From assembly GCA_013416795.1 (NCBI GenBank), contig RQSC01000020.1, positions 533,763 through 568,684 of the forward strand: a DNA stretch of 34,922 bases, given 5' to 3'. Of this stretch, positions 28,473 to 34,922 are shown one piece after another. The stretch's first letter is position 1, and each line of letters opens with the position of its first letter. A program made the translations under genes and the position numbers. Under the pieces are notes generated by a model. The model had not been told where the DNA came from, did not search any database, and saw only the letters and a list, made by a program, of their open reading frames with translations. This DNA comes from Prasinococcaceae sp. CCMP 1430. Taxonomy: Eukaryota; Plantae; Prasinodermophyta.

Positions 28473-31091
28473 ATGGACGCGCACAGCAACGGGCGCGCGC
28501 CGGCGAGGCCTCAGGGACAGGCAGCGCAGCAGGCGGCCCTCCAGCAGCGGCACCAGCACCAGCAGCACGCGCAGTACGCCCAGCAACAGCCGCAGGCGCA
28601 CACGCAGCAGCGGCAGCAGCTCGGCAGCGGGTCCGCGCAAGAGTGGCTGCGCAGCGCCGGCGTGGGCAGCAATGGCGCAGGCGGCGCGGGCGCGGCGACC
28701 ATGGACGCGGGCCTGCCCACCGGACACTTCGGTACGAACGTCGGGCAGGTCGCCCCGCCCGGCTTTAACATGAAGGCGCTGCTCGCGCAGCCACCCGCGC
28801 AGCACGGCATGGGGCAGGCGTACGCCCCGGCCGCAGGCGCGTATGGCTTCTACGGTGGCGCGTTCGCGCAGCCGACGATGGGGGGGGGCATGGGCGCGTT
28901 CGGCATGCCCCCGCCCCCGCCCCCTGGCCCGCCGCCTACGGGCCACGGCGCCCCCCACGGAAACCCACACCAGCAGGCGCAGAGCTACCCCCATGCCGGC
29001 TTTGGCGGCTACTTCGGCCACGCGCAGCAGCAGTCGCAGGAACAGCAGAACATGATACTGGGAATCCAACACCAGCAGCGGCAGCAGCAGCTGATGCAGA
29101 TGCACGCGCAGGCGCAAGGGGCGGAGGCGCTGAGACTGCAGCAAATGCACCAGCAGGAGTCCGCGCGCAAGCAGCTTGAGGAAAGGCAGAGGCGCGAGCA
29201 GGACGCGCTCAAGACCAAGCTCGAGGCCGAGCGTGCGATGCTGGCGCGGAAGCAGGAGGAGGAGCGCAAGGCGGTGGCCGAGCGCGCGGAGGCCAAGCGC
29301 AAACAAGAGGCAGAGGAGGCAAGGCGCGCGGAGGAGGTGCGGCGCAAGCAGGCGCAAGACGAGCAGCGCAGGCGCGAGCAGCAGGAGCGTGAGCAACGCG
29401 AGCGCGAGCAACGCCAGCGTGACCAGCAGCGCGAGCGCGAGCAGCGGCAGCGGCAGCAGCAGCAGCAGGAGCCAGCCACCTGGCAGCAGCGTCAGCAGCA
29501 GCCTGCGCAGATGGGTGGTGGCTACAACGGCAGACGCGAGCAACCGCAAGCCTCCGAGCGGCGCCCGATGCAGCACCCCTGGGCGTCCGGGCGACAGGAT
29601 GCGCGCGGGGGCGATCCCAACGCGCGGCCTGCGCACGCCGGACAAAACGGGCCCAACGGGAGGGCACCCACGACCTCCCTGGCTGATCCAGCCATGGTCG
29701 CCTCGGTGATCGGCGGCTCTGGCGGGGCAGGTGCCGCCGCCCTTGCCGCCGCCCGCGCGCGTGCGCACGACGCCCCACCCCAGATGCGCCACCCGCGCGC
29801 GGCGGGGGGGCAGCTGGGCCGCGGCAGCGGAGCGTCCGGCTCGTTGGGCAACGTGCAGTTCGAGCGCAACTTCCCCTCGTTGGGTGGCAAGGTGATCGGT
29901 GGCATGAGCCAGTGGCCGGGCTTCCAGGAGAAGGTGAAGGAGGCCAAAGAGAAGGCGAAGAAGGAAGGCACGGAGGCAGCGAGTGGTAGCTGGGGTCAGC
30001 AAGCAAATGCGTCTGGTTCGGAGAGCGCTACCATGGTGTCATCGAATGGCGTCAACGGGCCCGCCGCAGCCAAGGGCAACTCGGCGGCGGCACTCGAGGC
30101 GGATCGCGCGAAGCAGGAGATCAAGCAAGCGAAGAAGCTGATCCCGTCGCTGAATTCGATGGGCTTGGGCTCGGGCCGTGGCCTGGGCAAGGGCACCTCG
30201 CTCGCGGGGCGCGCGCTGGGAGGGCGAGGAGGACGCGGCGGAGGCCGGGACGGCGGCCGCGGTGGCGGCCGCGGGGTCTTCGGCCGCGACAAGTACGACC
30301 GCTATGGCAAGTTCAACCAACCTGCCGCCGCTGCCGTAGCCGCGCCCGCCGCAGCACCCGCTCCTGCAGGCTCCGGCTTGAAGGCCCTCGGCGCGCCGAA
30401 GAAGACCTCTGGTACCAAGAAAACGTTCGTCAAGCCGGCATCCAGTGCGGGCGCAGCTGAGGCTGCGCCGCAGGCGGACGCACCCGCCGCCGCCGCAAGT
30501 GCTGCTTCCGCCGCAGACAAGACATCGCCCGATGCCGACGATGGCGGTGCGCCGCCAAAGAAACCTGCGGCGGAGGCCCGCAGCTCGTTCTTCGCGTCCC
30601 TGAGCGCGGCCGCTTCAGAGGACGCCAAGCCCGCAACGGGCGCGAAGGCACCTGCTAGTGCACCAATGGGTGTTCCCGCGCCTGCCGCGTCACCTTCCTC
30701 CGGTGCCTCTCAGTCAACGCCGTCGCCGTCGCGCGCAATCCCAACGCGCGCGCCCGCCGCCGCAGATATGGCTGCCTTCCCCGTGGGCTCGCCGCTGGCT
30801 AAGTCGCCGGCCGACATAATGTCGGCGGTGCTCAGGACTCCTGACGGTGAGGATGCCATGTTCCTCAAGAGCCTCGGCTGGGCCGAGTCGAATGAGAAGC
30901 TCACTGAAGCCGAGGTCGCCGAGTTCCTGCAGCGTGGCCAGGCGATGTACGCTGCTGGCGGCACCAGCGCCGGCGCGGCTGCCAACGGCTCGGCGCCGCC
31001 GCCGCCAGCGGCGGGCGGAGCGTCCCAGGCCGGCGTGTCGGGCCTCACCGCCGCTTTTCAGGGCGCAAACCTCTCGCCCGGGCAGCCGTAG
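28473..31091 (+). CDS. Low-complexity Q/G-rich protein with vasculin/GPBP1-like motifs, single exon
   Basis: 872-codon ORF; FERNFPSLG and EDAMFLKSLGWAESNEKLTEAEVAEF resemble vasculin-like / plant homolog motifs as recalled; RGG cluster. Confidence 0.7.
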   Translation: MDAHSNGRAPARPQGQAAQQAALQQRHQHQQHAQYAQQQPQAHTQQRQQLGSGSAQEWLRSAGVGSNGAGGAGAATMDAGLPTGHFGTNVGQVAPPGFNMKALLAQPPAQHGMGQAYAPAAGAYGFYGGAFAQPTMGGGMGAFGMPPPPPPGPPPTGHGAPHGNPHQQAQSYPHAGFGGYFGHAQQQSQEQQNMILGIQHQQRQQQLMQMHAQAQGAEALRLQQMHQQESARKQLEERQRREQDALKTKLEAERAMLARKQEEERKAVAERAEAKRKQEAEEARRAEEVRRKQAQDEQRRREQQEREQREREQRQRDQQREREQRQRQQQQQEPATWQQRQQQPAQMGGGYNGRREQPQASERRPMQHPWASGRQDARGGDPNARPAHAGQNGPNGRAPTTSLADPAMVASVIGGSGGAGAAALAAARARAHDAPPQMRHPRAAGGQLGRGSGASGSLGNVQFERNFPSLGGKVIGGMSQWPGFQEKVKEAKEKAKKEGTEAASGSWGQQANASGSESATMVSSNGVNGPAAAKGNSAAALEADRAKQEIKQAKKLIPSLNSMGLGSGRGLGKGTSLAGRALGGRGGRGGGRDGGRGGGRGVFGRDKYDRYGKFNQPAAAAVAAPAAAPAPAGSGLKALGAPKKTSGTKKTFVKPASSAGAAEAAPQADAPAAAASAASAADKTSPDADDGGAPPKKPAAEARSSFFASLSAAASEDAKPATGAKAPASAPMGVPAPAASPSSGASQSTPSPSRAIPTRAPAAADMAAFPVGSPLAKSPADIMSAVLRTPDGEDAMFLKSLGWAESNEKLTEAEVAEFLQRGQAMYAAGGTSAGAAANGSAPPPPAAGGASQAGVSGLTAAFQGANLSPGQP

Positions 31092-31564
31092 ACACGTGCG
31101 GCTTTCATTCGCTCGAGCCCGCCCCTTGTAGGGGAACACCGTCGCTTGCGAGCGCGCGCATACCGAGCCGCTCCGCGCGCCTTGAAATGGTAATTTACAT
31201 GAATTGGCGCATGCGACGTGATTCCGAAGGCTGCGCGCGCGTGTGAGGGACTGCGAGCACGCGCGCGCCCTACAGGGCCATTCTTGCCCGCCCGCCTCGA
31301 CTTCCCGGTGAGGCAGATGGGGCATTTGGCCTCGGTCGGAGTTGGCCACCCGCGACTCCCACGCCGTGTCGCCATCGAAGCCGAGCGCCTGTCCCGCGCG
31401 CGCGTGGAGAAGACGCGGGGCAGCACGGGCGCAAGTCAGTCACGGGGGACACGGGAGTACGTGGGCGCGGCGCGCGACAAGCTTGCGTGCATAGCGGCCA
31501 CGCGCCACACGCCCCACCTTGTCGATATGCCGCGCCTCCCTGCCGCTCGGCAGCACGCAGCGCG

Positions 31565-31778
31565 TTACGTTCGTCTGCGAGACTCGCTCGTCGCTCCGAG
31601 CGTCTCGACCGCCTCCCTCGTCTCCTCCATGGCGGCGATAGACATCTTCATTGCGGCGGAGAACGTCTTGGCGATCATCACCATGTAGCGCGCGCCCAAC
31701 GTGAGCAAGTACATCACCCCGAGCAGAACGGCGAACACGGCCGGGCCCATGGCAAGCGGCGGGGTCCGCGGCACTCGG
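31565..31778 (-). CDS. 3' part of a small membrane protein gene; 5' end lost at poly-C
   Basis: [60 protein letters not shown]; downstream CTGAC branch, acceptor near 31389 and TGTAA 31195-31199. Confidence 0.45.
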
Positions 31779-31908
31779 CCCCCCCCCCCCCCCGCCGCCC
31801 CCTGCCGCCCCCTTTTCCCCATCTGCCCCCGCCCCACACACCCGCCCCACGCCCACGCGTACGCCCGCCCGCGCCCTCTGTCCCTCGGCGCGCTTTGCGC
31901 ACCGGCAG

Positions 31909-32360
31909 ACCTTCAGCGCTTCTACTCCGAGAACGACCCGGAGAAGGAGAACCTGTGCCTGTATGGCCTCGAAGACGGCACGTGGAAGGTCAGCCTCCCC
32001 GAGGAGGAGGTGCCCCCCGAGCTGCCCGAGCCCTCGCTCGGCATCAACTTCGCGCGCGACGGCATGCAGCGCCTCGACTGGCTGCGTCTCGTCGCCGTGC
32101 ACTCGGACGCGTGGCTGATGGCGGTCGCGTTCTACCGCGCGACGCGCCTCAACAAGTCCGAGAAGGCGAAGCTCTTCGAGCTCATGAACGACTACCCGAG
32201 CGTGCACGAGGTGCTGCACGGCGCGACCGACCCGCCGGGCGGCGGGCGCCACAGCGCCGCGGCGGCCGTCGCGAAGGGCGCGGCGGCCAAGGGGGCGCCG
32301 GGCAGCAAGTCAGGGGGACGGGCGGGAACCTCGGGGGGAAAGGCGGCGGGAAAGAACAAG
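31909..32360 (+). CDS. Alfin (PAL/DUF3594) domain exon; first exon and PHD finger not found
   Basis: [49 protein letters not shown]...[19 protein letters not shown]; acceptor at 31908, donor AAG|GTGCG at 32361. Confidence 0.92.
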
Positions 32361-32383
32361 GTGCGCCGGGAGGGGGGCCGGGG

Positions 32384-33517
32384 ATGGCGCAAGGACAAAC
32401 TTCGCAGGACTCGGGCGGTTCCGCAGTGCTGCACGCGCTCGGCCCGCGCGCGGCGCCAGTGTACGGCGCGGCCTATGCGGCGCTCGTCGCCGCGGGCGCG
32501 CCCCTGCTCACGGTGCTGCTCGAGTGCGCGGCTGGCGTCGCGTTCGGCTTCGCGCACGGGGCGCAGGTCGTGGTGGCAGGCAAAATTGCCGGCTGCGTGC
32601 TGGCCTTCGCGCTCGGGCGCACGCTCCTGCGCGACACGATGGGCAATCGAGCGAAGGGCCACCCGCGCTTCGGCGTGCTCTACAACGGCGTGCGGCGGGA
32701 CGGCTGGTACTTCGTGCTGCTCGCGCGGCTCGCCCCCATCCCGTCCTGGCTGAACAACTATGGGCTGGCGGTGACGGAGGTGCGCTTCTTCCCGGACTTC
32801 TTGCTGCCGACCGCGCTCGGCGTGGTGCCGTCGATCCTGCTCAATGTGCACGCCGGCCTGGCGTTCGAGGAGGTGGCGGCGCTGCCGCGCGGCCGGCCGC
32901 TCGACAGGGACACGCTGGTCAGCTGCATCATGCCGCTGCTGGCGGCCTTCCTGGTGACCCGCGCGATTGCGACGTACGCGGCCATGTACGAGGAGCGCAT
33001 CGAGTCGGAGGCGCCCCGCTTCAACTGGGATATAGTGAGCGAGCCGGTGAGTGGCGGCCCCTCGGTGCTCACCCCTCGCGAGAAGCCCCCGCCGCCGCCT
33101 GCGACGCGGCACAGCACGCGCGCCCGCAAGCCCAGCGCAAGGGCGTCGCCCGCGGCATCGCCCGCGGCGTCGCCGTCGCCGCCGCGCTCGCGCGCCAAGA
33201 GCACGAGCGCCAGGAGCGGGGCGCGGAGCACGACCAAGAGCAAGACGCCCGCCCCCAAGAAAACGGCAGCCGCAAAGAAGAGCTCGAAGGCCTCGACGCG
33301 CTCGCTGCCGGCGCGCTCGCCGAGCCCCAAGGCCACGCCGCGCCGCCGCGTGCGTCACGGCGCCGGCGCCGACATCAACAACGACGGGCACACGACACGC
33401 TCCGAGGCGCACGCCGCTCGCATCCAGGTGACCGCGATGGACCTCAACGACGACGGGCGGACGACCCGCTCCGAAGCGGCCGCCTACAGGCGCGCGAAAA
33501 AGAAGGGCGGCTTGTGA
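32384..33517 (+). CDS. VTT/DedA (SNARE-associated, TVP38/TMEM64-like) membrane protein with basic linker and two EF-hand loops
   Basis: [12 protein letters not shown].......[49 protein letters not shown]; C-terminal [12 protein letters not shown] and [12 protein letters not shown]; TGTAA at 33615. Confidence 0.85.
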   Translation: MAQGQTSQDSGGSAVLHALGPRAAPVYGAAYAALVAAGAPLLTVLLECAAGVAFGFAHGAQVVVAGKIAGCVLAFALGRTLLRDTMGNRAKGHPRFGVLYNGVRRDGWYFVLLARLAPIPSWLNNYGLAVTEVRFFPDFLLPTALGVVPSILLNVHAGLAFEEVAALPRGRPLDRDTLVSCIMPLLAAFLVTRAIATYAAMYEERIESEAPRFNWDIVSEPVSGGPSVLTPREKPPPPPATRHSTRARKPSARASPAASPAASPSPPRSRAKSTSARSGARSTTKSKTPAPKKTAAAKKSSKASTRSLPARSPSPKATPRRRVRHGAGADINNDGHTTRSEAHAARIQVTAMDLNDDGRTTRSEAAAYRRAKKKGGL

Positions 33518-33646
33518 GGCGAGGGCGGTGGCTGACGCCCATATACGGTAGTCCGATCGGCGGCTGCGATGGCCGTGATCCAAAGATTTTGTAGTAGCTC
33601 TTACCACACGGCGCTGTAAGTGCGACGCACAAAGACACCTCCCCAG

Positions 33647-34922
33647 CTACGGGCCCGCTCGGCCGCCGCCGTCCTCGGCCGGGGGCGGCCTCGCGTGCGC
33701 GAACGTGACGAGCCCGGGCGCAGGGCTGCCGTCGGGGCCGCGGAAGGTCGCGCAACCAGGCGCGGCTTCCGCGGCCGCGCCGGGCGGAGGGAACACCTCC
33801 ACGTCCTTCGCGCCGTCGCGCAGCTTGCGCATCACGTCTGGCAGGCCGTCGTCTCGGATGAAGTAGCGCTTGCGCAGGACGCGCTGGTAGGTCGAAAACA
33901 CCAGGTCGACCAGCGCAGTCCCCGCGAGGGGCGCGGCGAGGTTGCCGTGGGTGGCGACGAAGGCGAAAGAGGCGGCGGCGCTCTCGTAGACCTCCTTGGC
34001 CCCATCGTAGCGCCGCGAGGCGGCGAAGCACTCGATGTTGCGGGCGATCTTGCGCTGCTGCTCCTCGCCGAGGGTCTCGAGGCCGACGGACTCCATGCTC
34101 CCCTCCTTGCTCACGCGCTTGACCTGCAGCTGCATGGCGCCCTTGCGCGGGCCGTTGCCGAGCCGCCGGGCGACCAGCGCGCCCTTGGCGACCGAGGCGA
34201 GCACGAGCGCCCCCCAGGGGGCCACGTCGTCGACCTCCATGCCGAAGCCGTCGTAGAGGAGGGCGTCCCACCCGGCCTCGTAGAGGCGATCGCCCAGCCA
34301 CCTGCCGAGAAGCGTGAGCAGCACCGCGCGCAGGAGCATCTCCTGCGCGAGGTGGCCAACGCCGAGCAGAAGCACCTCCTGCGGAAAGTTGAGCAGTCGC
34401 GCCGGGTTGCCGACCACGTTGCGCGCCTGCATGTCGGCGGCGATCTCGCGCCACATGGGCAGCTCCGCCAGCTCGCCCGAGCCGCTGCTCCCCGCGCTGC
34501 TGCCGCTGTCGCTGCGCGCGCCGCCGGCGCCCGCGGCCGCCTGCTCTCCGCCCGCCGCGCCTCCGCCCGCCGCGCCGTAGGGGTCCTTGAAGTCCCCCTT
34601 GTCATTGAGTTCCTTCCAGTTGGGCACCATCGTCACAGCGTCGGCCACGAGCAGCGGCAGCATGACGGCGCAGCCGAGCGCCACGTCGTTCAGGCGCTCG
34701 CTGCCGACGTGCAGCGCGCCGAACGTCTCCACGTGGAAGAGGTAGCCCAGCACGACCGCTATGGTGCCACTCACGCCGCCGTACTCGCTGAGCTTCACCG
34801 CGAGCAGCTCCCAGCGCATGGACGACAGGCGCGCCTCCATGGCCGCGGCGGGGTCGTCCGGGGCCCCCTCGGGGCCGTCCTCGGCCGCCGCCGCCCGCGC
34901 GCGCCGCTGCCGGCGGTGTGCG
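33647..34922 (-). CDS. CPBP/Abi (CAAX protease II)-like membrane protein with degenerate catalytic motifs; 5' end probably beyond window
   Basis: Several hydrophobic helices; LAQEMLLRAVL (compare EExxxR) and FVATHGNLAAPLAGTALVD (compare TGNL.API..H..YD); frame stays open upstream of ATG 34840. Confidence 0.6.
   Translation of the reverse strand, partial: AHRRQRRARAAAAEDGPEGAPDDPAAAMEARLSSMRWELLAVKLSEYGGVSGTIAVVLGYLFHVETFGALHVGSERLNDVALGCAVMLPLLVADAVTMVPNWKELNDKGDFKDPYGAAGGGAAGGEQAAAGAGGARSDSGSSAGSSGSGELAELPMWREIAADMQARNVVGNPARLLNFPQEVLLLGVGHLAQEMLLRAVLLTLLGRWLGDRLYEAGWDALLYDGFGMEVDDVAPWGALVLASVAKGALVARRLGNGPRKGAMQLQVKRVSKEGSMESVGLETLGEEQQRKIARNIECFAASRRYDGAKEVYESAAASFAFVATHGNLAAPLAGTALVDLVFSTYQRVLRKRYFIRDDGLPDVMRKLRDGAKDVEVFPPPGAAAEAAPGCATFRGPDGSPAPGLVTFAHARPPPAEDGGGRAGP

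Overview
Eukaryotic, very GC-rich, gene-dense genomic scaffold with three N-gaps (1409-2241, 11169-12154, 16593-17556) and one single N (18598). Short GT-AG introns with CTGAC-type branch sites, TGTAA poly(A) signals, an Alfin domain and a Chlamydomonas-like PACRG point to a green alga, probably prasinophyte-grade (inference). About 17 genes can be modelled by hand: a possible microtubule-inner-protein-like gene, a deoxynucleoside kinase, a 2xCCCH + RlmM/FtsJ-like methyltransferase, PRMT1, a 4xCCCH Q-rich protein, PACRG, an atypical SDR/NAD(P)H-binding protein, a plant-type polyQ protein, CEP164, an mTERF-like gene, OFD1, ATG12, a vasculin/GPBP1-like protein, a small membrane-protein fragment, Alfin, a VTT/DedA protein with EF-hand loops, and a degenerate CPBP protease. 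Most notable: (i) PACRG, CEP164 and OFD1 cilium/basal-body genes within about 14 kb, with ATG12 tail-to-tail to OFD1; (ii) a VTT/DedA protein with two EF-hand loops that could be spliced in frame to an Alfin domain; (iii) a bacterial-type isocitrate lyase active-site fragment embedded in the CCCH gene (HGT or, more probably, an assembly chimera); (iv) a bidirectional promoter packed with GTAC cores and telo-boxes; (v) several head-to-head genes with no visible ATG. Family assignments rest on motifs recognised from memory; no searches were run.
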